Shown here: piece by piece, positions 1-8,658 of the stretch | Layout of the letters: every line of letters starts with the position of its first letter | How positions within the stretch are numbered: the first letter of the stretch is position 1 | Position numbers and translations under genes: made by a program | Notes under the pieces: generated by a model | Database searches by the model: none | What the model was told of the DNA's origin: nothing | The model's input: only the letters and a program-made list of their open reading frames with translations | Assembly (NCBI GenBank): GCA_965204575.1 | Contig: OZ241993.1 | Location: forward strand, 160,001 to 224,000 | DNA: 64,000 nt | Source: an uncultured candidatus Porisulfidus sp. | GTDB lineage: Bacteria; Pseudomonadota; Gammaproteobacteria; Poriferisulfidales; Poriferisulfidaceae | Direction of reading: 5' to 3'

Positions 1-739
1 GGTCCACGTCCTCCTCCACCGGCACCGCCGGGATCTCCAGCATTGCACGGCCTTTGGGATAGATGCAGGATCCTCGCTCGGAATGCGTCACGACCACGGC
101 TTCGAGCCGTTCCGCCAACTGTTCGATCGTCAGTTCACTTTTTTTCTGCATCAGCTCCGCCTCGAAACCGTTGAATGCCGCCCAGGTCGCCTGCTCCACA
201 AAACGCAGGAAGTCCTCTTTCTGGAACATCGGCATCCCTTGCCCCGGGTCGAACAGGAACGGGGTCCCGGCCTCCGCCATCTGTTGCGCGTGTTCGATCA
301 TGCCGGTCCGGCCTTCGGGGGAAATCAGACCCAGGCGGATATCAGTCGGATCCACTTCCTGCTCATGACAGAGGTCCATTGCGCCCGGGTGGAAGAGCGT
401 GATCTGGTTGTCGTCGAGGTCGGTCGAAATGAACGCCTGGGAAGTGAACCGGTCTCCCAGTTCCTTGACCCGGCTGCGCGAAATCCCCTTTTCATCCATC
501 CACGCGGCATAATCCTGAAAATCGCGGCCGACCGTCGCCATCGGATACCCGGTCACGTCCAATAAGCCCAGGTTGTAGGCGATGTTTCCGGCGCATCCCC
601 CGAATTCCCGGCGCATGTGTGAGGCCAGGAATGAAACGTTCAGATGGTCGGCTGCGTCCGGGAGAATGTTCTCCCTGAAACGGCCGTCGAACCGCATGAT
701 GACGTCGTAGGCCAAGGAGCCGCAAATCAGTACCGACAT
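1..739 (-). CDS. PfkB-family carbohydrate/adenosine kinase (3' end runs off the window)
   Basis: Not in the ORF track. Manual translation from ATG 739 gives MSVLICGSLAYDVIMRFDGRFRENILP, the N-terminus typical of proteobacterial PfkB adenosine-kinase-like proteins. Confidence 0.85.
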   Translation of the reverse strand, partial: MSVLICGSLAYDVIMRFDGRFRENILPDAADHLNVSFLASHMRREFGGCAGNIAYNLGLLDVTGYPMATVGRDFQDYAAWMDEKGISRSRVKELGDRFTSQAFISTDLDDNQITLFHPGAMDLCHEQEVDPTDIRLGLISPEGRTGMIEHAQQMAEAGTPFLFDPGQGMPMFQKEDFLRFVEQATWAAFNGFEAELMQKKSELTIEQLAERLEAVVVTHSERGSCIYPKGRAMLEIPAVPVEEDVD

Positions 740-774
740 GGGAAGAGAGAGCTTCGAGGAACTTGAGGATGTCC

Positions 775-1887
775 TTATAGTTTATCGGTTCCGTTCCCGT
801 CCGCGCCGAAGGTGGGCCGGCTTTCGTTGGGCAGCAGCGGCAATCCAGCCTTCTGCTTCCCCTCGACTTCCTCGATGGCTTCTTCCATGGCGAGGAAACG
901 CTTGGCCGTCGACGGATGAGTCGTCCCCTCCAGGTTGATCGCTCGGGGATTCTCGGCAGCCATGCGCCGCCAGAACTTCATGGCGTTCCGGACATCGTAG
1001 CCTGCGCGGGCGGCATGATAGACCCCGACATAGTCCGCTTCGGCCTCGAACTCCTGGCTGTATGCCTGGGCACCGATGGCGCGGCCCGTCTCCGCCATGT
1101 CGACCCCGATGGCCACTCCCACGAGGGCTCCTAGAAGAATTCCGATGAATTCATTGCCCCGCTTGGATTCGATGTGCCCGCGGGTATTGTGCGCCAGCTC
1201 GTGTCCGATCACGGCAGCCAGTTCATCGTCGTCCTCGACGAAACGCAGGAACCCCGTGGTCACGTAGATGCTGCTGCCATCGGCAAAGGCGTTGACTTCG
1301 TCGCTGAGCCCCCAATGGACCGGGAATGCGCAGACTCGGTCCGGCCGCACGGCCACCGTACGTGCCCGGCCGTCCCGAATAATGCCAAGCCGGACCTCCT
1401 TTCCGCCCGATTCATCCAGTATTTCAACCAAGTCCTCCATGGCATCCTCGCCGTCGTCCAAGGTCTCTTCGTCCACCGCAGCGATCTTGTCTCCGACCCG
1501 GATGTCCGCACGCTCACCCGAGGAACCCGGCGTCACGTTGACGACGGTCAGGGCATTCCCGATTCCGAATTCCTCTTTCGCGATGTCGCGGTATTCCTCA
1601 TCCATCTGTTCCGTCGTCCAGCCGCTGATGCCGAGACTGTAGGTGATATCGGTGCCGCATAGTGCGGCATTGTGGAACAGAACGGGATAGGCGACCCGGG
1701 CGACGCGCGCTTCGGTATCGAGGGCATTCTGTATGACCGCAACGCGCTGCTTTCGGGCTTCCTCCGCAGCGGCCTTGTCATCGATCTCCGGGAAGTCCGC
1801 CGTCGGGGCACAAGCGGCCAGGAAAAAAACGGCCGCAATGCCAGCAACCGCGTGTCTCGATGCAATCATCAAGGAAACCACATACAA
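775..1887 (-). CDS. M48-family zinc metallopeptidase lipoprotein with PDZ domain
   Basis: Lipobox LAAC, PDZ-like segment (VTPGSSGERADIRVGDKI), VNAFA, HELAH zinc motif, EAEAD and THP motifs. True start may be a few codons downstream. Confidence 0.88.
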   Translation of the reverse strand: MYVVSLMIASRHAVAGIAAVFFLAACAPTADFPEIDDKAAAEEARKQRVAVIQNALDTEARVARVAYPVLFHNAALCGTDITYSLGISGWTTEQMDEEYRDIAKEEFGIGNALTVVNVTPGSSGERADIRVGDKIAAVDEETLDDGEDAMEDLVEILDESGGKEVRLGIIRDGRARTVAVRPDRVCAFPVHWGLSDEVNAFADGSSIYVTTGFLRFVEDDDELAAVIGHELAHNTRGHIESKRGNEFIGILLGALVGVAIGVDMAETGRAIGAQAYSQEFEAEADYVGVYHAARAGYDVRNAMKFWRRMAAENPRAINLEGTTHPSTAKRFLAMEEAIEEVEGKQKAGLPLLPNESRPTFGADGNGTDKL

Positions 1888-1947
1888 GATGATTTTGAGG
1901 CTACCATCGGCCCTAGGCTATCGTGCCTTATGTGCGAGGTCGGTCGA

Positions 1948-2124
1948 TTAGGTCTGTGGTTCCTGCGGGCGACCCAAAAAGCCTTGCAGTAAGCCCTCCA
2001 CTCGGCCTACGCGCTCGCGCAGGTCGGCTATTTCTTTACGTAGGCCGCCAATTTCCCGGTGCAAGCTCCAGAGGAAACCGATAATCGCGACAACTGAAAC
2101 AATCTGAATTGTCGTGCTATCCAT
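1948..2124 (-). CDS. Small membrane-anchored coiled-coil protein (58 aa)
   Basis: Manual translation MDSTTIQIVSVVAIIGFLWSLHREIGGLRKEIADLRERVGRVEGLLQGFLGRPQEPQT. GGAG lies just upstream of the ATG. One TM helix is followed by a heptad pattern. Confidence 0.65.
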   Translation of the reverse strand: MDSTTIQIVSVVAIIGFLWSLHREIGGLRKEIADLRERVGRVEGLLQGFLGRPQEPQT

Positions 2125-2271
2125 AATGACTCCGTGTCTCGGCCGGGCAGCCTTTTATATTCCGGCCTTCAATGTGATTGAAGCCTCTCGTCAATTCCAT
2201 TTTCAGAGAGGGCAGAATGCTCCGAGTATAGCACGGGGATTCTCCTCAAAACGGGGTGCGATAAGCCCTCT

Positions 2272-3627
2272 TCAATAGCTCGGCAAACCTCTTGGAACAA
2301 ACCCTCCGCCATGCTCGATCCGCCAGCTGTAATACCCGAGCGTCAGGCTGCGCGCGATCATAAAACCGGTCAGCGCGAGCCACAGCCCATGGTTTCCCAG
2401 GCTCTCCGTGACAAACCAAATTGCCAGGTAGGCCCCGATCGACAGGACCATGCTGTTGCGCATCTCGCGGGTGCGAGTCGTGCCGATGAACAACCCGTCC
2501 ATCAGGAAAGGCAGCAAGCAGAACACGGGCAACGCGATAAGCCAGGGCAGGTAGGTCGATGCCGCGCCCTGGACCTCGGGCAGCGAAGTAAGCCAGCCGA
2601 TGATGAGAGTCCCGACCCCCGCGAAGAAGGCGATCAGCAAAATCCCGATCAGCATGCACCAGAAAAGCGCGGAGGCGACGACGCGCTCGAACAGTTGCCG
2701 GTCCCGCATTCCGACCGCCCGCCCGCACAGCACTTCCAGGCCATGGGCAAAACCGTCCATGCCATAGGCCGTGATGTAGAAGAAATTGATCAGCACGGCA
2801 TTGGCAGCCAATACGACCGCCCCAAAATCCGCACCCTGCGCCATGAAGAAGGCAAACGAAAACAGCAACAGGATCGTGCGCACGAACAGATGGTGGTTGA
2901 CCGCGAACAGGTTCTTCCACGCCGGTGCGTCCCACAGTCCATGCACCGTCATCCGCGGCATGGGCCGGAGCATGCGCCGCAGAATCCAGACTCCCAGCAG
3001 GAGGCCGCTGTAGTTCGCCACTAGGAAGGCGTACGCCACTCCCCGTGTCTGCAGGCCGAAGTAGAACACCAGCACGACGTCCAGCACCATGTTGACCACG
3101 TTGATCCAAAGCGCCAGGTACAAGGGAGTCCGGGCGTTCTGCATGCCCAGGCACCACCCCCAGATCACCATGTTCAGCAATACGGCCGGCATGCTCCAGA
3201 TGCAGATCTCGAAATACAACTGGGAGTGCAGGTTGATTTCCTGCTCCAAGGCCAGAAGTGTGTAGCTGATGTGCTGCAGCGGTTCTCTCAGAAGCACCAC
3301 CACCGTCGAAATTAATACGGCGGACACCAGGCTGCGCAGTAAGACCAGCCGAGTCTTGTTGGAATCATGGGATGCCTGCGCAGCCAATGCGGTCGTACTC
3401 ATGCGCAGGAACCCGACGCCCCAGAACAAAAACTGGATCAATGTCGATCCAACCGCCACCGCGCCCAGGTAGTACGCTGCTTCCAGGTGCCCCATCACGA
3501 ACGTATCGACCATTCCCAACAGAGGTGTGGCCAGACCGGTCAGCGTCATCGGCCCGGCGATCCGCCACAGGCGCCGATGATCCTCCCATGTCGGCAGGCG
3601 ACTTCGAAGCGATGCCAGAGGATTCAT
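2272..3627 (-). CDS. dinF: MATE-family efflux transporter (DinF-like)
   Basis: PLLGMVDTFVMGHL...LGAVAVG...FLRMSTT and DGFAH motifs, with many TM helices. Confidence 0.88.
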   Translation of the reverse strand: MNPLASLRSRLPTWEDHRRLWRIAGPMTLTGLATPLLGMVDTFVMGHLEAAYYLGAVAVGSTLIQFLFWGVGFLRMSTTALAAQASHDSNKTRLVLLRSLVSAVLISTVVVLLREPLQHISYTLLALEQEINLHSQLYFEICIWSMPAVLLNMVIWGWCLGMQNARTPLYLALWINVVNMVLDVVLVFYFGLQTRGVAYAFLVANYSGLLLGVWILRRMLRPMPRMTVHGLWDAPAWKNLFAVNHHLFVRTILLLFSFAFFMAQGADFGAVVLAANAVLINFFYITAYGMDGFAHGLEVLCGRAVGMRDRQLFERVVASALFWCMLIGILLIAFFAGVGTLIIGWLTSLPEVQGAASTYLPWLIALPVFCLLPFLMDGLFIGTTRTREMRNSMVLSIGAYLAIWFVTESLGNHGLWLALTGFMIARSLTLGYYSWRIEHGGGFVPRGLPSY

Positions 3628-3648
3628 GACATTCGGCTACCTTAGCTG

Positions 3649-3656
3649 CTTCTAAA
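3649..3656. repeat. Left target-site duplication CTTCTAAA
   Basis: Identical to 5116-5123 and immediately outside the left TIR. Confidence 0.8.
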
Positions 3657-5115
3657 GGGGCTCCGAGGTTTTGTGTGGAAAGCCGTGATAGAGTACACGA
3701 TCATGCACCGAGCCTCCCGCTACCGTCTGTATCCGAACCAGACGCAGGAGCGGCAGTTCGCTCGGCTGTGCGGGGCCGGGCGGTTCGTCTACAACGAGTT
3801 GCTGGCTGACCAGATCCGGGAATACGAGCGTTTCGAGGCCGGCGAGAGAGACAGGCCGGGTGCCTCCGAGTTTGATTTCGGGAGGCGGTATGCGCGCCTG
3901 AAAACACAGGAAGGCTACGAGTGGCTGCGGGAGTTGTCGGCTGTGGTCGTCCGCGGCACGGGCGCCTTTCCCCTGGGATCAGCCTTCGCGCATTTCTCCC
4001 GTCGGATCCGGGAGGGCCAGTGCGGCAAGCCGACCGGGTTCCCCCGTTTCAAGGTCAAGGGCGTCAGCCGGGAGTCGTTCACGATCCCGGAGGCCGTGAA
4101 GATCCGGAGCAAGCGATTTTGGGTGCCGAAGATCGGCTGGGTCCGGATGAACCGCAAGGCGCAATCGCGCGCGCGGGGGGCCGACCCCTGGGACGGCGGC
4201 GAAGCCAAGACCGCGGTGGTGTACCGGGAACTGGGCAAGTGGTATGTGTCGGTGCTTTGGGAGGTGGAAGATCCGGACTGGCGCTGGCATGGCGGGGTCT
4301 GCGGCATCGACCGCAACTCGGAAAACCTCGCGGGGGCCTGGAGCGGAGGGCGGAGGCTGATCGAGATTCCGTACGAGCGGATCGGGAAGTACGAGGCGCG
4401 AGCCCGGCACTACCAGTGGTGGGCGAGCCGCCGGGAGCGGATCGAGCTGAAGGACTCCGACGGGGAGCCGGTGCGCACGAAGTCGGGCAAGAAGATCAAG
4501 GTGGCCTCGAACCGGCGCCAGCGGTTGCAGTTGCGCGCGGCGAAGGCGAAGCGCAAGGCGGCGGAGATCCGCCGGGACTTCAGTCACCAGGCCTCGGCGG
4601 ACCTGGCTCGGAACTTCCAGCACATCGTGCTGGAGGAGCTGGACGTACAGGCGATGCGGCGCTCGGCGCGGGGGACAAGGGAGAGACCGGGGAGAAACGT
4701 CAAGGCGAAGTCCGCGCTGAACCGGAAGATGGCGCAGTCCTCCTGCATGGGGATGGTGGACCGTTTTCTGAAGTACAAGGCTTGGGACCTGATCCGGGTG
4801 CCAGCACGAAACACCAGTCGGGCGTGCGCGGAATGCGGGCACACCGAACAGGACAACCGAAAGGAGCAGGCGCACTTCCAGTGTCGGGCCTGCGGGCACA
4901 CGGACCATGCGGACCTCAATGCCGCGCGAAATATTCTGAATTTGGGCTTGGAAAAGCTCTTGGCCGGAGGCGCTCCGGTGACGGGACGGGGAGGGGACAA
5001 CGAAGCGGGGGCATTCTTCTTTGAGTGCCTAGTGGAGACCGCCGACGATCCGTCAACGATGCAGTGGAATTACCGGGGCTCGCCCCCTGATTTCCACACT
5101 TAATCGCGAAGCGCC
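3657..5115 (+). mobile_element. Non-autonomous TnpB-carrying element with ISL3-like TIRs and 8-bp TSD
   Basis: Left TIR 3657-3681 is GGGGCTCCGAGGTTTTGTGTGGAAA. The reverse complement of 5091-5115 is GGCGCTTCGCGATTAAGTGTGGAAA (19/25 ungapped, inner 9 identical). CTTCTAAA directly abuts both ends. Confidence 0.8.
3703..5103 (+). CDS. tnpB: TnpB RNA-guided endonuclease
   Basis: N-terminal RYRLYP...GAGRFVYN, GFPRFK, RuvC-I GIDRN, RuvC-II VLEEL, zinc finger NTSRACAECG...FQCRACG, RuvC-III HADLNAARNI. ATG 3703 is preferred over GTG 3673, which lies inside the TIR. Confidence 0.95.
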   Translation: MHRASRYRLYPNQTQERQFARLCGAGRFVYNELLADQIREYERFEAGERDRPGASEFDFGRRYARLKTQEGYEWLRELSAVVVRGTGAFPLGSAFAHFSRRIREGQCGKPTGFPRFKVKGVSRESFTIPEAVKIRSKRFWVPKIGWVRMNRKAQSRARGADPWDGGEAKTAVVYRELGKWYVSVLWEVEDPDWRWHGGVCGIDRNSENLAGAWSGGRRLIEIPYERIGKYEARARHYQWWASRRERIELKDSDGEPVRTKSGKKIKVASNRRQRLQLRAAKAKRKAAEIRRDFSHQASADLARNFQHIVLEELDVQAMRRSARGTRERPGRNVKAKSALNRKMAQSSCMGMVDRFLKYKAWDLIRVPARNTSRACAECGHTEQDNRKEQAHFQCRACGHTDHADLNAARNILNLGLEKLLAGGAPVTGRGGDNEAGAFFFECLVETADDPSTMQWNYRGSPPDFHT

Positions 5116-5135
5116 CTTCTAAAATACGGGGTCAT
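4962..5135 (+). ncRNA. Putative omegaRNA (reRNA) scaffold plus flank-derived guide
   Basis: Overlaps the tnpB 3' end as is usual for TnpB. Stems: CCGGAG/CTCCGG (4964-4978), TGACGG/CCGTCA (4979-5055), GGCATTC/GAGTGCC (5010-5029), GTGGAA/TTCCAC with inner GGGG/CCCC (5064-5097). Boundaries are inferred. Confidence 0.55.
5116..5123. repeat. Right target-site duplication CTTCTAAA
   Basis: Identical to 3649-3656 and immediately outside the right TIR. Confidence 0.8.
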
Positions 5136-5186
5136 GTGTTCACCGGCACCCCATCCCTGGCCTGTCCCCCGAAGTTCATCGAATTC

Positions 5187-5807
5187 ATGGCTTTCCATCT
5201 GCACGGATTGTACGCGCTGACCCCGGACGATTGCTCTTCCCTGGCGGATGCCGTGGAAGCGGCCATCGCGGGCGGTGCCCGCATGATCCAGTACCGGGAC
5301 AAGACCGCCAGCACGACGAAACGCGAAGCGCGCGCAAAAACTCTGCTCGCACTGTGCCGATCGCAGGGTGTCCCGCTGATCATCAACGACGATCTTGACT
5401 TGGCGTTGGCCCTTGGCGCCGACGGCGTGCACCTGGGCGAAGACGACTGCTCCATCGCCAAAGCCCGGGAACGGTTTCCAGAAGGATTGATCGGTGCCTC
5501 TTGCTACAATGATTTTGCACGTGCCCAAGCCGCCATTCGCTCAGGCGCCTCCTACGTGGCTTTCGGAAGTTTCTACGCCAGCCCCACCCGGCCCGACACC
5601 GTCACCGCCCAACCCGACCTCCTGATGCGCGCACGTCGCGAACTGTCTGTCCCGGTCTGCGCCATCGGTGGGATCAACGCGGATAATGCGGCACCCCTGA
5701 TCCAGGCCGGAGCCAACCTGCTGGCGGTCTGCAGTGGAATCTTCGCGCAGCCGGACATCACTTCCTCCACCCGGGCAATCACTCGCCAGTTCCAAGAAAA
5801 TGGCTGA
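5187..5807 (+). CDS. thiE: Thiamine-phosphate synthase
   Basis: GLYALT, QYRDK, LIINDD, ADGVHLG, IGASC, AIGGI motifs. ATG 5187 chosen as start. Confidence 0.95.
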   Translation: MAFHLHGLYALTPDDCSSLADAVEAAIAGGARMIQYRDKTASTTKREARAKTLLALCRSQGVPLIINDDLDLALALGADGVHLGEDDCSIAKARERFPEGLIGASCYNDFARAQAAIRSGASYVAFGSFYASPTRPDTVTAQPDLLMRARRELSVPVCAIGGINADNAAPLIQAGANLLAVCSGIFAQPDITSSTRAITRQFQENG

Positions 5808-7092
5808 TTCCAACTGGTTTGACGCGGCCTGCCGCAGGATTCCCGGGGGCGTCAACTCTCCGGTTCGCGCTTTCGGGGCGGTTGGTGGGACCCCGGTATT
5901 CATGCAGCGCGGCGAAGGAGCCTATCTCCATGATGTGGAGGGGCGCTCCTATATCGACTATGTCGGCGCCTGGGGACCGATGGTTGTCGGACATGCCCAC
6001 CCTGCCGTGCTTGAAAGAATCAAAAGCACGGTGGATCAAGGCATCTGTTTCGGCACGCCGCATCCGCTGGAGACCGAGATGGCGGAAAAACTGTGCCAGC
6101 GGGTCCCATCGCTCGAAAAAGTGCGCCTGGTCAACTCCGGGACGGAAGCGGCCATGAGTGTCATCCGGCTTGCACGCGGCGTCACTGCCCGCGACCGGAT
6201 CATCAAGTTCGCGGGCTGCTACCACGGCCACGCCGACGCCCTGCTGGTACAGGCCGGTTCCGGGGCCTTGACCCATGGCGTCCCCTCCTCGCCCGGCGTT
6301 CCCGCGGGCACCGTCGAACACACCGAGATCGCGCAGTACAACGATGCCGAGGAGGTACGGACAATCTTCGCCGACTGCGGCGATCAGATCGCCGCGGTCA
6401 TCGTCGAACCCATCGCCGGGAATATGGGTTGCGTACTGCCGGAACCGGGCTTTCTCGAAACCTTGCGCGATTGTTGCGACCGCTACGGCAGCCTGCTGAT
6501 TTTCGACGAGGTCATGACCGGGTTCCGGGTCGGACCCGGCGGCGCACAGCAGCGCCTCGACATCCGGACTGACCTGACCGTGCTGGGCAAAGTCATCGGT
6601 GGCGGCCTACCAGTCGGGGCTTTCGGGGGCCGTGCTGAACTGATGGATCAACTGGCTCCGCTCGGACCGGTGTACCAAGCCGGAACCCTGTCCGGAAATC
6701 CAGTCACCATGGCGGCAGGCCTGGCGACACTGGAACTGACAGAGCAAGAAGGCTTCTACGAAGCACTCGGCGATTGCGCGGCACATCTGGTGCAGGGTCT
6801 GCGCGAACAGGCGAGCACATGCGGAATTCCGTTCGAGGCGGTCGAAGCGACTGGCATGTTCGGCATTTTCTTCACGTCCGGCGGACCGGTCCGATGCTAT
6901 GCCGACGTCCAATCCTGCCAGGCCGAAAACTATCGACGCTTTTTCCACCACATGCTGAAACAGGGCATCTATCTCGCGCCTTCCAGTTACGAGGCAGGAT
7001 TTCTGTCCAGCGCGCATACCCAAGGGGACATCGACCGAACCATAGAGGCCGCCGGAGTCGCATTCGACGCCATGCGCCGGGAAGACCCCTGA
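5800..7092 (+). CDS. hemL: Glutamate-1-semialdehyde 2,1-aminomutase
   Basis: [56 protein letters not shown]. thiE-hemL synteny. Confidence 0.97.
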   Translation: MADSNWFDAACRRIPGGVNSPVRAFGAVGGTPVFMQRGEGAYLHDVEGRSYIDYVGAWGPMVVGHAHPAVLERIKSTVDQGICFGTPHPLETEMAEKLCQRVPSLEKVRLVNSGTEAAMSVIRLARGVTARDRIIKFAGCYHGHADALLVQAGSGALTHGVPSSPGVPAGTVEHTEIAQYNDAEEVRTIFADCGDQIAAVIVEPIAGNMGCVLPEPGFLETLRDCCDRYGSLLIFDEVMTGFRVGPGGAQQRLDIRTDLTVLGKVIGGGLPVGAFGGRAELMDQLAPLGPVYQAGTLSGNPVTMAAGLATLELTEQEGFYEALGDCAAHLVQGLREQASTCGIPFEAVEATGMFGIFFTSGGPVRCYADVQSCQAENYRRFFHHMLKQGIYLAPSSYEAGFLSSAHTQGDIDRTIEAAGVAFDAMRREDP

Positions 7093-7130
7093 AAACGCAG
7101 GAATTCCGGCCGGCCGACGATAACTGCGTA

Positions 7131-7162
7131 TTGAATACTAACTTAATATATGTTAGTATTCA
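7131..7162 (+). promoter_or_regulatory. Sigma70 promoter overlapped by an 11-bp inverted-repeat operator
   Basis: TTGAAT(7131)-N17-TAGTAT(7154). Perfect IR TGAATACTAAC(7132-7142)-N9-GTTAGTATTCA(7152-7162). Confidence 0.7.
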
Positions 7163-7167
7163 TAACT

Positions 7168-8163
7168 ATGTTCAAATCACAGTTGGAGCAATATGCGCAC
7201 CTCAAGGACTACCTTGAGGCAGCTCTCCACATCCATGTCGAACTCCGGGATTGGCAAAACGCGAAGGACCTTCCGCTGTTCCTCTCCAAAAATTTTTGTT
7301 GCCGAACAGGCCGTGTCTTTGGACAGGACATCCTCTTCGCTTTCGCCGACCCGAGCGGCAAACACACTCCGCTTGAGTTCGCCGAACAGTCCCGGAGTAT
7401 CGCCGAGCGCTACGGCGGTGTCGTCGTCCTCGTCCTGGACAGACTCTCCTCGCACAATCGTTCACGCCTGATTCATCGTGCCGTGCCTTTCGTCGTCCCG
7501 GGCAACCAGCTTTACATGCCGAATCTGGCGCTGGACCTGCGGGAAAATTTCCGTTCGCGCCTGCCTGCGCCTGTGAAACACCTTACCCCTTCCGCCCAAA
7601 CCGTCATCTTCTACTGCCTTCTCGACCCGAATTTTGAAAAAGCGACCCCTACGGACCTCGCGAAAGTGCTCGGATATTCCACCATGAGCATCGGGCGAGC
7701 TTTCGAGCAACTTTGGTCTTTAGGCGTCGCTGAGTTGAAACCGCGCGGGCGGAAGAAGTTTCTATCCCTCGGCATGAGCCGGCGCGAAACCCTGAAACGC
7801 ATCGAACCGGTCATGCGGCCACCCGTGAGAAAATCCCACTTCGTTCAGGGAAAACCGCCGGAAGATTCCTTGCTGGCTGGCGGAGAAACCGCACTTTCGG
7901 CCCTGACTTCGCTCGCTCCGCCGCGCCTAAGATGCTTCGCGGCCAGCGATGCCGAATGGAAGACCTTGTCTCGAACCTGCGGCGAGATCGTCGATGAGAA
8001 AATCGAAGCCGACTTCCAAATCGACGTCTGGAGTTACGACCCGAAACGATTGTCCCAGGGAACCCTTGTGGATCCGCTGTCGCTCCGTGCGCAATTCCTC
8101 AACCATCCGGACGAGCGCGTGACCCGGTCGACGGAAGACTTGTTGGAACAACTGACATGGTAG
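7168..8163 (+). CDS. HTH-containing protein, putative type IV TA (AbiEi-like) antitoxin/regulator
   Basis: VPFVVPGNQLYMP, winged-HTH (TPTDLAKVLGYSTMSIGRAF), LAGGETALS, WSYDP, VDPLSL...DERV. This family is typically coupled to a nucleotidyltransferase gene. Confidence 0.7.
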   Translation: MFKSQLEQYAHLKDYLEAALHIHVELRDWQNAKDLPLFLSKNFCCRTGRVFGQDILFAFADPSGKHTPLEFAEQSRSIAERYGGVVVLVLDRLSSHNRSRLIHRAVPFVVPGNQLYMPNLALDLRENFRSRLPAPVKHLTPSAQTVIFYCLLDPNFEKATPTDLAKVLGYSTMSIGRAFEQLWSLGVAELKPRGRKKFLSLGMSRRETLKRIEPVMRPPVRKSHFVQGKPPEDSLLAGGETALSALTSLAPPRLRCFAASDAEWKTLSRTCGEIVDEKIEADFQIDVWSYDPKRLSQGTLVDPLSLRAQFLNHPDERVTRSTEDLLEQLTW

Positions 8164-8563
8164 CCGGGCTGGACCGGTTCCGGAAACATTTTTCCGGGCA
8201 TGAAGACCACTACGCCCTGATCGGCGGTGCCGCATCGTTGAAGGAATTCACGTGCTTGACGAACGGCTCCTGATCCCATTCAAGGCGAGGGCATTTCTGG
8301 ATTTGTCCCGGCAACATCGAGAGGGAGATGCGCATGTCAAAAAGAGCGATATCCGGAAACACCGAAACGACGTTTTCCGCCTGCTCCAACTTCTGCCCGC
8401 CGGAACACGAGTGGATATCTCTGATCCCATGTGCCAAGACATCATGGCATATATCGACGCAGTTCGTTCGACAGAGGGTTTTGACCCTCGTGCCTTCCAA
8501 GTGGACATTGGGAAAACAGAAGGGTTGGACCTGCTTGCCCGGATTTACGACATCACATCTTGA
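8157..8563 (+). pseudogene. Nucleotidyltransferase (AbiEii-like partner) with internal deletion and frameshift
   Basis: ATG 8157 gives MVAGLDRFRKHFSGHEDHYALIGGAA and then stops soon after. A second frame resumes near 8234 with IVEGIHVLDERLLIPFKARAFLDL...DIRKHRNDVFRL. The central catalytic region is absent. Confidence 0.75.
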
Positions 8564-8658
8564 ATTTTTTGGGACTTTCGCTCGCCGGGCGTCCTTCCGG
8601 CCTCGCGGCAACGCCAGCCCCGCGACGCATTCGGCTGCGTGTCAACGCGCCACGGCTG

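Noticed and set aside
3921-5024. Long alternative-frame ORFs (367 aa on +, 309 aa on -) over tnpB as a possible hidden transposase
   Set aside because: Low-complexity Gly/Arg/Pro-rich translations with no HUH, serine-recombinase or DDE motifs. They are shadows of GC-rich coding DNA.
5052-5057. TCAAC as an IS605-type right-end cleavage motif
   Set aside because: It lies inside a predicted RNA stem well before the TIR/TSD boundary, which explains the ends better. Not fully excluded as a relic of an ancestral end.
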